DNA of 64,000 nucleotides from an uncultured Candidatus Binatia bacterium (GCA_965214605.1 OZ243961.1:384001-448000); one strand, 5' to 3'. Shown: positions 1 to 9,906, counted from the stretch's first letter. Numbers and translations: made by a program. The notes: generated by a model from the letters alone, not told the origin.

Positions 1-186
1 TTACCAGAGGGGAAGAGAAATCCAGCGGGGGATGTTCCCGTGTTCGGTTCCAACGGTGTTAAAGGAGAACCAGTGTACATCGACACCGACAACATAAAAT
101 CCAATTGTGTCGATTTGGCGAAGTTCGCTTCCGGCAAACTCAAGGCTATCGAAGTGGCATGCTCTCAATGGGTATGCCATGTCTAG
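1..186 (+). pseudogene. hsdS: 3' remnant of a type I RM specificity subunit (HsdS-like), partial at window edge
   Basis: Frame 1 reads LPEGKRNPAGDVPVFGSNGVKG, resembling the HsdS target-recognition motif (R..G..PV(Y/F)GSNG), then ends at TAG 184-186. It lies upstream of kwaAB and hsdR. Confidence 0.45.
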
Positions 187-748
187 CTCGAGCCAGCCTC
201 GGCAAGGACTGAGGTTCGCACGGTTGCTGATGACTCTCAGCAGCCTGTCTCCCCTCTTCCTCCTCTGGGCGATACGCGGGACAACGCTTGTCCCGGACTC
301 GTGGTTTGTTCCCGGATGTCTGGCGATGGCGTTCTTCCCGACATTGTTTCTTTGGATCAGAATCCTAGTCGCTAAGAAACAGAACGACCGACGGGAGCTT
401 GTCGTCGGATCCGTAGACGATCATAGGGCACCTGTGTTGGTGTATCTCTTCGCGATTCTCTTGCCTTTCTACCGAGAGGAACTTGCGACATATCGGGATC
501 TATCGGCAATGTTCCTCGCTTTGACGTTCATAGTATTTCTGTTTTATCATCTCAACTTGCATTATCTGAACGTCTTGTTTGCTCTCTTTGGATATCAAGC
601 ATTCATGATATCGCCGCCAGTGGATGAGAACCCACGCACCGGTCGGGAACCGTTTGTCCTCCTCACCTATAGGCGGTATCTAGCTTCACCTGATCGACTC
701 ACTGCTTATCGGATTAGCGACACCGTCTACCTGGAGTGCAAGACGTGA
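179..748 (+). CDS. kwaA: Kiwa anti-phage membrane protein KwaA
   Basis: Small protein with about 4-5 hydrophobic helices (SSLSPLFLLW, LVYLFAILLPF, YLNVLFALFGY). Its stop overlaps the start of a DUF4868-like gene, inside a type I RM locus. ATG 179 preferred over GTG 107. Confidence 0.8.
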   Translation: MSSSSQPRQGLRFARLLMTLSSLSPLFLLWAIRGTTLVPDSWFVPGCLAMAFFPTLFLWIRILVAKKQNDRRELVVGSVDDHRAPVLVYLFAILLPFYREELATYRDLSAMFLALTFIVFLFYHLNLHYLNVLFALFGYQAFMISPPVDENPRTGREPFVLLTYRRYLASPDRLTAYRISDTVYLECKT

Positions 749-1647
749 ATCTGGCGTTCGATCTGGAAAACATCCGAACGACCGAGTTCGGGATTAGCCG
801 CAAAGAAGAAGGAGATGATCAATTCGTGCTAATTCCAGTGAATAGGTCCGTACAGACTGCCCTGCACGAAATGATTGAGACGACTTGGCATAACATGCAG
901 CAGGTTCGCGACGAACTAAGCCAATACGACCCGTCCGAGAAACACGCGCCGACAGAGTACCTGTTCTTGGCGACTGATAATCCACAATGTCAACGGCTTG
1001 TAGAATTACACAATGCAGACCACCTTCCCGTTGACGCCGACGCGGTGAATGAGCCAGACCGGATTTCATCTTATTTTGTGCGTTTGACTGATAATGGGGG
1101 ACATCATCTCACCGCCATGCGGCGGGCAATACAATTCAAAGGCGACCTCAAAAGGAAATGGGTACATCTTTTAGATGACACATTGCAGATTCTAGAGAGG
1201 CGTGTTTTTCGTCTGGATAATGACTTCGATTTGATCATCGACACCGATCACGTGCATATCTGGAGGCCAGCCGCATTCGAGTTCATCGGCCATTTAAAGC
1301 AAGCGGTCCTCGATGCGGTCCCGGCCAATGTGGAGGCGGTGAGTGGAGAGTTGCCTTTTGTCAAATTTGACGTAATCCAAGCATATGCTACTGAACACTT
1401 ACGGGCTGCACGATATCTTGCTTCAATCCGAACGCAGGACTTGACCGGCATTAGTTGCGCCACCCTCAAAGCATTGTGCCAAAAGACGAATGTCGAAATT
1501 TCGGAGATCAACGGTCAGATCAGTGTAGAGGAAAGGAATGTGATGGGTTTTCTTGAAGTTCTGGATCGTCGAAGGTACGAGATAGAGTTGGTGCCTGATT
1601 TCCCGGAGCGGTTTAGAGCGGCCAGTCGGCGAAGAATCGACACATGA
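745..1647 (+). CDS. kwaB: Kiwa anti-phage protein KwaB (DUF4868-like)
   Basis: About 300-aa soluble protein with FRLDNDFDLII...AFEFI and C-terminal FLEVLDRRRY...FRAASRRRI, typical of KwaB. GTGA overlap with the kwaA stop. Confidence 0.8.
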   Translation: MNLAFDLENIRTTEFGISRKEEGDDQFVLIPVNRSVQTALHEMIETTWHNMQQVRDELSQYDPSEKHAPTEYLFLATDNPQCQRLVELHNADHLPVDADAVNEPDRISSYFVRLTDNGGHHLTAMRRAIQFKGDLKRKWVHLLDDTLQILERRVFRLDNDFDLIIDTDHVHIWRPAAFEFIGHLKQAVLDAVPANVEAVSGELPFVKFDVIQAYATEHLRAARYLASIRTQDLTGISCATLKALCQKTNVEISEINGQISVEERNVMGFLEVLDRRRYEIELVPDFPERFRAASRRRIDT

Positions 1648-1761
1648 CTTGTGGTTTGTTGACCTTGCGGCGTTCTGTCAGTCAGAAGGTCGCGTTAATT
1701 TTGTCGACAGACGTCTTCTTGTGATCTTTATCATCCTCAACCCTTTGGTAAAGCTATAAGC

Positions 1762-3280
1762 GTGAGCGGGCTTTCAGAATTGGTCGTCGAGAAGGCTGCT
1801 CTCGGATGGCTTGAGCAGCTGGGCTGGAGCGTCGCCCATGGCGCCGATATCGCCCCTGAAACGCCGGATGCCGAGCGCACCGATTACGGTGCGGTTGTTC
1901 TAGAACGACGGCTCCGCGACGCGCTGGCCCGGCTCAACCCTGCCCTTCCCGATTCGGCACTTGATGACGCCTTCCGCAAGCTGAACCGGCCGATGGGGCG
2001 ACGCTGGAAGCCCGCAACGGCACCGTACACCGGCTGCTGGTGAACGGCGCAACGGTCGAATACCGCGTGGCCGACGGCGCAATCCGGGGCGCCCAGGCGA
2101 AGATCGTCGACTTCGACGATCCTGACAACAACGACTGGCTGGCCGTGAACCAGTTCACCGTCGTCGAGAACAAGCGTGAGCGACGTCCGGACGTGGTGCT
2201 CGCAACATCGTGGTGATCGCCAACGAGGCGCACCGCAGCCAATACGACTTCATCGACGGCTTTGCCCGCCACCTGCGCGACGCGCTACCCAACGCGTCGT
2301 TCGTCGGCTTCACAGGAACGCCGATCGAACTCCAGGACGCCAACACCCGCGCCGTGTTCGGCGACGACATCAGCATCTACGACATCCAGCGCGCCGTGGA
2401 GGACGGCGCGACGGTGTCGATCTACTACGGGAGCCGCCTCGCCAGGCTGGCGCTCGACGAAGGCGAGAAACCCAACATCGACTCCGGGTTCGAGGAGGCG
2501 ACCGAGGGCGAGGAGCTCGACCGCAAGGAGAAGCTCAAGACCAAGTGGGCGCAGCTCGAAGCCGTCGTCGGCGCGGAGAAGCGCGTCGCCCTCGTCGCCG
2601 AGGATATCGTCGATCATTTCGAGCGCCGTCTGGAGGCCATGGACGGCAAGGCGATGGTCGTGTGCATGAGCCGGCGCATCTGCATCGACCTCTATCGCGC
2701 GCTGGTCCGTCTGCGGCCCGATTGGGAGCACACGGATGAAGATACGGGGCAGATCAAGGTCTGATGACGGGTTCGGCCTCCGATCCGCCGGACTGGCAGC
2801 GCCATATCAGCAGCAAGTCCCGTCGGGAAGCGCTGGCCGACGGGTTCCGCGATCCCGACGATCCGTTCCGCATCGTGCTGGTACGCGACATGTGGCTGAC
2901 CGGTTTCGACGCGCCCAGCCTGCACACCATGTATGTCGACAAGCCGATGCGGGGCCACGGGCTGATGCAGGCGATCGCGCACGTCAACCGTGTCTTCCGG
3001 GATAAGCCCGGCGGGCTGGTAGTCGATTATCTCGGGCTCGCGCACGAGCTCAAGCAGGCGCTCGCGACCTACACCGAGAACGGCGGCAGGGGCCGGACGG
3101 CGCTCGACCAGGCGGAAGCCGTGGCGGTGATGCTGGAGAAGTACGAGATCTGCCGCGGCCTGTTCCACGGGTTCGACTGGTCGGCGTGGGTCTCCGGGAC
3201 TGCGGCCGAGCGGCTGACGTTGCTGCCCGCCGCGCAAGAGCACGTCCTCGCGCAGGAAAACGGCAAGGAGCGCTGCCTGC
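1762..3280 (+). pseudogene. hsdR: Type I restriction enzyme subunit R, fragmented
   Basis: HsdR motifs across frames: N-terminal [35 protein letters not shown] fused directly to [52 protein letters not shown]. Frameshifts at about 1990 and 2760, a large internal deletion at about 2200, DEAH changed to NEAH, and 3' truncation at about 3280. Confidence 0.9.
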
Positions 3281-3565
3281 CGAGACCCTTCTTCACCACC
3301 AGCGTCAGGAGCTTCAGCGAAGCGCCACGCTCCCACTGGCTCACCAGACTGTGGTCGCGTTGAGGTAGTGCGCGAACACCGCCTGACTCGCATTCCCGCG
3401 CAGCCGGATCTCGCATATCTTCTCCAGCGCCAAGTCCTCGACCGGAGTCAGGCACATCTCGTCGAACGCCTTCATCGTCCGCTTCGACATGACTCCCGCC
3501 TCGGTCATGCCGAGGGCGGTCTCGTGTACCGACGCTAGCACCCCGCTCCCGTATTGCCTAGCCAT
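3280..3565 (-). pseudogene. HigA/XRE-type HTH antitoxin, frameshifted
   Basis: [41 protein letters not shown] continues after a frameshift (about 3355) as [23 protein letters not shown]. Confidence 0.75.
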
Positions 3566-3882
3566 CGCAGCTCACCTCGCTGATCGTCCCATTCGCCAGC
3601 ATCGCTTCCAGGCGGAGGCCGTCCAGCCCGAGCATTGCGTCCGCCGGCACCCGCAACGCCCTGAGCTCGCGGCGCCGGAGGTTCTCCCGATCGCTCTTCG
3701 CGAATCCGTGGACGAAGAACGCGCGCTTCCCCGGCAACACCACGATCACGCGGAATCCGCCCGCCCGGCCCTGTCCGCGCCGGGCGATGCGCTGCTTGAT
3801 GACGCCGCCGCCCAGGTCGGTGTCGACCAGGCCCCTCGCGGCGCGCTCCGCCGCATCGCACAGCGCTTCGTCCGCAATTCCC
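3558..3882 (-). pseudogene. RelE/ParE (HigB-like) toxin, 5'-truncated
   Basis: IADEALCDAAERAARGLVDTDLGGGVIKQRIARRGQGRAGGFRVIV..AFFVHGFAKSDRENL. An in-frame TAG sits immediately upstream and the N-terminus is missing. Overlaps the antitoxin start. Confidence 0.75.
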
Positions 3883-3989
3883 TAGTCTACGCCCGTCTTC
3901 AGGCGAACTGTATGGGCGGCGATAAATTGGGAACTCTCGCTTTCATGATGCACCCGTAACGAGCAATATGGAGCGCTCAGAGAAGCCTC

Positions 3990-4763
3990 TCAGCCGAGAG
4001 TCGTGGAATAGATTAATCGACCAGCCGTCACCGCTGCGCCTATATACAACACTGCCATAAAAGGCCGCTCTGGAATATGTGTATGCAGCCAGACGCCGAG
4101 CACCGTGCCGATTGGCAGACACGGTAAAAAACTCAGCGATTGGACCAGGCTTGCCGTGGTGATGAGGCCGAGTCCAACATAGGTGGCGAGCTTGGCTAGA
4201 TTGATCCAAAAAAAGACAAATAAATTGGTCGCCACGACTTGGTGCTTGTCCAAGCGCTGATCGAGTAAATACAAGCTCACGAGCGGGCCGGCCGCGTGGG
4301 CGAAGGTCGAGACAAAAGCCGCTAGCAGCCCGACTGATCCGCCAATAAGGGGGTGCTCGGAAAAACGGGGGACAGTGCCGCCCAGCAGACGATAGACCTG
4401 AAGCGTGACAAAGCCCAGACAGATCCCGCCAACGGTCAGGTTGAGAAGAGGAATAAAATTGGTGCTGTGCTGGAGAGAGGTCAACAGGACCGCCCCCAGA
4501 CAGAATCCACAGGCCGAGCCCATTCCCAACCGACGGACGTGGGCGCGCGACTGCTTGCCCCAATGATGAGCGATGCTGATGATGTCGCCGGCGATGAGGA
4601 GAGGCAACAGCACGCCAAGGACGGTATCAATGGGCAGCACCAGGGCTAAGAGTGGTACAGCGACAATCCCGACCCCACCGCCAAAGCCGGCTTTACCAAT
4701 ACCGATGATGAGCGTAGCCACCGCTCCGACAGCGTAATACAACCAAGGGACAAGATCAGGCAA
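3990..4763 (-). CDS. Sulfite exporter TauE/SafE family membrane protein
   Basis: GIGKAGFGGGVG, AHAAGP and NLAKLATY motifs; about 8 TM helices. Confidence 0.85.
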   Translation of the reverse strand: MPDLVPWLYYAVGAVATLIIGIGKAGFGGGVGIVAVPLLALVLPIDTVLGVLLPLLIAGDIISIAHHWGKQSRAHVRRLGMGSACGFCLGAVLLTSLQHSTNFIPLLNLTVGGICLGFVTLQVYRLLGGTVPRFSEHPLIGGSVGLLAAFVSTFAHAAGPLVSLYLLDQRLDKHQVVATNLFVFFWINLAKLATYVGLGLITTASLVQSLSFLPCLPIGTVLGVWLHTHIPERPFMAVLYIGAAVTAGRLIYSTTLG

Positions 4764-4870
4764 TGGAGTTGATCCCAGCTCTTGGGCCAGGAAGAGAGGA
4801 TCAATCCTATTGCAGGTGTTAAGCAGTATGGCTTACTCCCACGCTGGAGTGTTGAGACTGAGATGGCGTC

Positions 4871-6184
4871 TCAGCCCAAGAACCAACGCACCGCCACAAC
4901 AGCCCCGATAATACCGGCGAGATCGGCAAGTAATCCAGCGGTCAGGGCGTGACGCACGCGTGTGATGCCAACAGCACCAAAGTAGACGGCCAAGACATAA
5001 AAAGTCGTCTCCGTACTACCCTGGAGCGTAGACACCAGATACCCGATCAGACTGTCCGGCCCCTCGGCCTGCATGATTTCGGCCATAACACCGTAGGCTC
5101 CAGAGCCTGACAGCGGGCGAAGCAAAGCCATCGGCAGAGCTTCGGCCGGAAAGCCGCATAGACTGAGCACTGGGCCAATGACGGCAATAATACCAGCCAG
5201 CAGGCCGGACGCCCGAAACATCCCGGCCGCAACAATAATAGCGACTAAAAACGGGATAATCCTGAGCGCTACCTGAAAGCCCTCTTTTGCTCCTGCGATC
5301 ATCGCGTCATACACGGCAACCCGTTTAGCCAGGCCGTACACCAGCATCAAGACGATGAGAACCGGCAATAACCAGGTGGAGGCGGCGTCCCGCAACACCT
5401 CTCCAACCGACAGTTCGGCCACCAGACCCGCCCGTAGATGCAAAGCAAAACCAAAGCCCAGGGCGGCCAGCGTAACGCCCGCCGCCATGCAGCCCGGCCG
5501 AGACGTTGGCCGATCCGTGCCAAGCGTCTTTTGGTCCGGCAGACGTATATCTTGGTCTTCTTGAGCCCGCCGGGACACCGCACTCTCGGACGGATCTGTC
5601 CCCAGTCCGATTGGCACGGCCCGCTGTAAGAGTTTTGCGGCCGTAATCCCGACTAGGGTCGAGAGTGAGGTGGCAAACAGGGTGGGCAGCCAGATGCCCG
5701 CCGCATCGGTCGAACCTAGCGAGGCACGCAGAGCGATCACACCCAACGGAGCAAGAGCAAGGCTTGAGGTATTAATCGCCAAAAAAAGGGCCATGGCGTT
5801 GGTGGCCACTCCCGACTGTGGATTGAGCCGATCCAGCTCCTGCATAGCCTTAATGCCGAATGGTGTGGCTGCATTGCCCAACCCAAGCATATTCGCGGCC
5901 ATGTTCATAATCATCGCGCTCATGGCTGGGTGATCTGCCGGCACCTCAGGAAACAGACGAACCATCAGCGGTCGCAACACACGGGCGAGTGTATGCAGGA
6001 GTCCGCCCTCCTGGACAATCCGCATCAGGCCCAGCCAAAAGGCCATCACCCCGACTAGGCCCAGCGCCAGGCTCACGGCCGACTTGGCGGAGTCTATCGA
6101 GGCTGTGGTAACGGCCGCCATCGTGCCGTTAAAGGCGGCTGCGACAACAGAGCCGACAACAAGTCCGAGCCAGATCCAGTTCAT
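4871..6184 (-). CDS. Fused SpmA/SpmB nucleoside-recognition (gate) domain membrane protein
   Basis: ANMLGLGNAATPFGIKAMQELDRLN (SpmA-like) and LLRPLSGSGA..QGSTETTFYVLAVYFG (SpmB-like). Confidence 0.85.
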   Translation of the reverse strand: MNWIWLGLVVGSVVAAAFNGTMAAVTTASIDSAKSAVSLALGLVGVMAFWLGLMRIVQEGGLLHTLARVLRPLMVRLFPEVPADHPAMSAMIMNMAANMLGLGNAATPFGIKAMQELDRLNPQSGVATNAMALFLAINTSSLALAPLGVIALRASLGSTDAAGIWLPTLFATSLSTLVGITAAKLLQRAVPIGLGTDPSESAVSRRAQEDQDIRLPDQKTLGTDRPTSRPGCMAAGVTLAALGFGFALHLRAGLVAELSVGEVLRDAASTWLLPVLIVLMLVYGLAKRVAVYDAMIAGAKEGFQVALRIIPFLVAIIVAAGMFRASGLLAGIIAVIGPVLSLCGFPAEALPMALLRPLSGSGAYGVMAEIMQAEGPDSLIGYLVSTLQGSTETTFYVLAVYFGAVGITRVRHALTAGLLADLAGIIGAVVAVRWFLG

Positions 6185-6243
6185 ATACCGCTCACTCTCT
6201 CGTGTTTGAGCTGTGTGTCAGACAGGCTAGAATAGAGCGTATT

Positions 6244-6513
6244 ATGAAAAAGACGACATGGATAGCGGTAGGAGTACTAACCGCCCTTATAGCTCTGGTC
6301 GTGTATTCGAGCTTTCAGGTTGGAGGCTATCGGTGTGAAGTGTGTGTGCAATTTCGGGGGGCGCAAGACTGTCGGACCGTCGATGGGGCGACCGAAATAG
6401 AAGCGCTCAGAGCAGCGATCACAAACGCCTGCGCCCTGCTGGCTTCAGGAGTGACTGACTCGCTGGCCTGCGAGCGGACTCGCCCCACAAAGGCGATGTG
6501 CGCCGCATTCTGA
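6244..6513 (+). CDS. Small membrane-anchored six-cysteine hypothetical protein
   Basis: MKK plus a TM helix, followed by CEVC...C...C...C...C. Confidence 0.65.
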   Translation: MKKTTWIAVGVLTALIALVVYSSFQVGGYRCEVCVQFRGAQDCRTVDGATEIEALRAAITNACALLASGVTDSLACERTRPTKAMCAAF

Positions 6514-6581
6514 AGAAAAAAATGTGGCCTACACTGTTTCGAGAAACGCTTCGTCCCAATGAGGGTTCGGTCAAGGCAGGC

Positions 6582-8021
6582 TCAGAAGCCCGTCGGGCGC
6601 GGACAGCCGCCGGTCAGCCTCAGCACATGGCGGGCGAGGTCTAAGCTTGTCCGATCCTCCAGATAAGGACCAACGACTTGGATACCAACCGGCAAGCCGT
6701 TGTTCAAGCACCCGACCGGGACAACCGTTACGGGCAGATAACAGGCACCGGCCGGCGCCATCCAGGTGATGAGATCCCAGTACGGATATTCTTGACCGCC
6801 GACCTCGGCGGTTCGTCCGGCTTGGGGCTCGGAATGATCATGAGGAATGGCCGCACACGGCATCACCGGCAGTAAGATGGCATCCCAGTTTTGAAAGAAC
6901 TCTTCCCAGCGCTTGCGCATCTGTAGGCGGCGCTCATTATAACTCAACCACTCCCGGTGGCGCATGGCCATAAAACGCCGGGTGCGGTCAACGCTCGTGT
7001 TGCCGGACGCGGACGCATACAACTCGATTTTATCGCGGGCGACTCCGCCCGAGAGCGCGACTTGTAACAGCGCCTGAAATGTGGTGGCTATTTTTTCCAA
7101 GGAGAAGTCAGGCCGCGCCTCCGGGTCAAGGCGGACCCCCTCGTCGGATAGCCGACGGGCAGCAGATTCGAGCAAGGCCTTGACCTCCGGCTCAACCCGG
7201 CAGCGAGCATCGTCCAACCAGACCGCAACCCGGTAGTCTTGGAGTCGCTGACGGCGGGCTGGTGGCAACTCGAGCCTCCAGGCAGGCTGCTCCCAGCGAT
7301 TCGGCCCAGCCATGAGGGCAAGCCCGAGTTCCAGGTCTTCAACACTCCGAGCCATAGGACCGACAACGGCCAGATCGGCTAAAGTCAGCGTTCCGGGAGG
7401 CCCAGGAATCTGTCCGTGGGCGGGCACGATACCATAGCTCGGCTTGTGTCCGACCACCCCTGACATATGCGACGGCAAGCGGATCGACCCCCCAATGTCA
7501 CTGCCCAACTCTAGGGGCGTAAAACCGCAGGCCAGGGCTGCAGCAGAGCCACCCGATGAGCCGCCCGGGGTCCGTTTCAGGTCGTAGGGATTGTTGGTCG
7601 TGCCAAAGACCTCGTTATAGCTCTGCAGATCTCCGGCGTAGATCGGTAGATTCGTCTTGCCGAAAATGACGGCCCCGGCCTCGCGTAGCCGGGCGACGGC
7701 CCAGGCGTCTTCTTCGGGCACGAAGTCTGACAACTCAGGAGCCCCCGAGGTGGTACGCATCCCTGCCGTCTGAAAGGAGTCTTTGACCGTCATGGGAACG
7801 CCGTGCAAGGGACCAGACAGCTCACCACGGGCCAAGGCCGCGTCAGCCGCTTCGGCTTCCGATCGGGCGCGCTCAGCATCAATCGTCACCACACTGTTGA
7901 TCGGCTTATCGAGCGTGCTCACCCGCTCTAAGAGAGCGTCAAGCACCTCCCGACTCGATACCTCTCGCTGGCGAATTTTTTGCGCGATTTCAAGTGCGGT
8001 CGCATAAGCAAATTCAGACAT
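6582..8021 (-). CDS. Amidase (amidase-signature family)
   Basis: GVPMTVKD, GGSSGGSAAA, GSDIGGSIRLP; GGAGGAG RBS before ATG 8021. Confidence 0.92.
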   Translation of the reverse strand: MSEFAYATALEIAQKIRQREVSSREVLDALLERVSTLDKPINSVVTIDAERARSEAEAADAALARGELSGPLHGVPMTVKDSFQTAGMRTTSGAPELSDFVPEEDAWAVARLREAGAVIFGKTNLPIYAGDLQSYNEVFGTTNNPYDLKRTPGGSSGGSAAALACGFTPLELGSDIGGSIRLPSHMSGVVGHKPSYGIVPAHGQIPGPPGTLTLADLAVVGPMARSVEDLELGLALMAGPNRWEQPAWRLELPPARRQRLQDYRVAVWLDDARCRVEPEVKALLESAARRLSDEGVRLDPEARPDFSLEKIATTFQALLQVALSGGVARDKIELYASASGNTSVDRTRRFMAMRHREWLSYNERRLQMRKRWEEFFQNWDAILLPVMPCAAIPHDHSEPQAGRTAEVGGQEYPYWDLITWMAPAGACYLPVTVVPVGCLNNGLPVGIQVVGPYLEDRTSLDLARHVLRLTGGCPRPTGF

Positions 8022-8094
8022 ACAGTACTCCTCCGTACCAAGGCTCAAGTCGACACAGCCGCCTCAACCGTTCCTCGCCATGGAGCGCTAGGTT

Positions 8095-8430
8095 CTAACG
8101 CTGCTGGCGGGCTGCCATATTACACTCGACCTGACAACCGGTCAGATCGCCCCGGGCGTCGTTCCTACAGGCTAGCACTGGGCTGTCAAAGGCTGTGGGA
8201 TCGACTTTCTCTTCCTCTGACAACTGGGCGACGCAGTCTTCTTCTTGTTTTGCGGCAGTCTGTTCGCACCCTTCCAAACACTCTTCAAGAGTTTGTCCTG
8301 ATTGGGCGTTATCCTCTTTCGTTGCCTCCTTAGCCGCTTCCTCCAAGTCTCCTGGACAGGCGGCCAGGCATAACACGGCTCCTAACATCACTCCCATTGA
8401 AATAGCCCTGCCAAGTCTGCCAACTCGCAT
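8095..8430 (-). CDS. Cysteine-rich lipoprotein, hypothetical
   Basis: Signal peptide with lipobox LAAC; mirror cysteine spacing CX3CX10C...CX10CX3C. Confidence 0.65.
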   Translation of the reverse strand: MRVGRLGRAISMGVMLGAVLCLAACPGDLEEAAKEATKEDNAQSGQTLEECLEGCEQTAAKQEEDCVAQLSEEEKVDPTAFDSPVLACRNDARGDLTGCQVECNMAARQQR

Positions 8431-8602
8431 ATCTCTCTCCTCTGCTAAACTCGCCCCTTGCTATCTGCTGGGCGGCGGCAGAATTATATGCCAGACAGAC
8501 ATACCTGGCTAGTTGGGTCACGGCGACGGCTCGCGGCCTGGGAAGCAGCTGTCTGAGAATCGCGCCAAGGAGTTGGACAATCAGCCGTTCTCGCAGGGGA
8601 TT

Positions 8603-8786
8603 GATCCGGTCGTGGACTTCGGGGGCCGGCTTCCCGAAGTCCACGGGCCGGCTGTCACCCTAAGCCCATCAACAGATCAGACGGTGGAGAGAGGCCCGGA
8701 TCTTTTCGTGACCAGGGCGCGGGTCGTGAGTTTCGATATGAGGGCGTCTCTTCCCCCTGGGAGCTGCCCGGGCAGCTCCCGGTCAC
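8603..8786. repeat. Intergenic nested inverted repeats
   Basis: 13-bp stem cgtggacttcggg/cccgaagtccacg (8611-8645); perfect 22-bp palindrome gggagctgcccgggcagctccc (8759-8780); closing pairs gatccgg/ccggatc and gtgacc/ggtcac. Confidence 0.6.
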
Positions 8787-8877
8787 AAGCCGGGGCGGGG
8801 ACTCAGTATGCCAAGCCGTGATCATATGCTACACACGGGTTAAACGGCGTCCGCCAAAAGCGGCGAAGGAGAACATG

Positions 8878-9834
8878 ATGAAAGAACGGAATTTTCAAAT
8901 GATTGCGACCAACGGGATTCGACTGCAGACCGTTGTCGAGGGCAGGGGCCCACTGGTGATTCTGCTCCACGGCTTTCCGCAGTGCTGGTATTTGTGGCGG
9001 CATCAGATCGATCCGCTGGTTGAGGCTGGCTTCCAGGTCGCCGTACCCGACCAGCGCGGCTATGGTGGCAGCGACCGGCCCGAAGCGATCGAAGCTTATA
9101 ATATTCTTGAGCTGACCAACGATGTCGTCGGTCTGGCCGATGCCTTGGGGCATGAGCGGTTTGTGGTGGTCGGGCACGACTGGGGCGCTCCGGTGGCCTG
9201 GCACACCGCCCTGCTCCACCCAGAGCGGGTACGGGCCGTAGTGGGCATGAGCGTCCCCTATATCCGGGGGCAGGCCGGTGTGATGACCCGCCAGGAAAAC
9301 TTCGGCGATAACTTCTGGTATATCGTCTATTTTCAGCAGCCGGGGGTGGCGGAGACAGAGTTGGAGGCCGATATCCGGAAATCGCTGCGTATCACCTATT
9401 ATGTGGCCTCTGGAGACGCGCCTGACGGGGTGTGGTTTACCCAGAAGCCAGCCAGTGCCGGCTTTCTCGACGGTCTGCCCGATCCCGATCCCCTGCCAGC
9501 TTGGCTGACGACCGAAGACCTCGATTATTACGAAGCCCAGTACAAGATGAGCGGCTTTCGTGGACCGATCAACTGGTATCGGAATATTGATCGTAATTTT
9601 GAAATCACTCCGCAATTGGCCGAGGCCAAAGTTGAGCCACCGGCGTTTTTCCTTGCCGGCAAAAAAGACCTGGTGCTGTCCTTTGCCGGCGGCGGCATGC
9701 TGGAGATGATGGACAGCTTTGTCTCCGACCTGCGTGGCAAGGTTCTCATAGATGGAGCTGGGCACTGGGTCCAGATGGAGAAACCGGCCGAGGTCAACGC
9801 CGCCCTCCTCGGCTTTTTGCGACCCTTTGTCTGA
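8878..9834 (+). CDS. Epoxide hydrolase-like alpha/beta hydrolase
   Basis: HGFPQ, GHDWGA nucleophile motif, GAGHWVQME; AAGGAG RBS. Confidence 0.9.
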   Translation: MKERNFQMIATNGIRLQTVVEGRGPLVILLHGFPQCWYLWRHQIDPLVEAGFQVAVPDQRGYGGSDRPEAIEAYNILELTNDVVGLADALGHERFVVVGHDWGAPVAWHTALLHPERVRAVVGMSVPYIRGQAGVMTRQENFGDNFWYIVYFQQPGVAETELEADIRKSLRITYYVASGDAPDGVWFTQKPASAGFLDGLPDPDPLPAWLTTEDLDYYEAQYKMSGFRGPINWYRNIDRNFEITPQLAEAKVEPPAFFLAGKKDLVLSFAGGGMLEMMDSFVSDLRGKVLIDGAGHWVQMEKPAEVNAALLGFLRPFV

Positions 9835-9906
9835 ATATTGTTGTCTGAGTATTGAAAGACGCAAAAAAACTTCTTACTCTTAGCCAGATCAAAAGGAGGC
9901 GATGTT

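Noticed and set aside
4871-6184. Spore maturation genes suggesting sporulation
   Set aside because: Fused SpmA/B gate-domain proteins occur in many non-sporulating bacteria, and no other sporulation genes are present.
8530-8550. SRP RNA suggested by ggaagcagc
   Set aside because: It lacks the upstream CAGG and GNRA tetraloop of the SRP helix.
8803-9864. 353-aa minus-strand ORF, and many similar antisense ORFs elsewhere (e.g. 19352-20050, 27605-28261)
   Set aside because: Shadow frames of well-supported genes in GC-rich DNA, with no motifs of their own.
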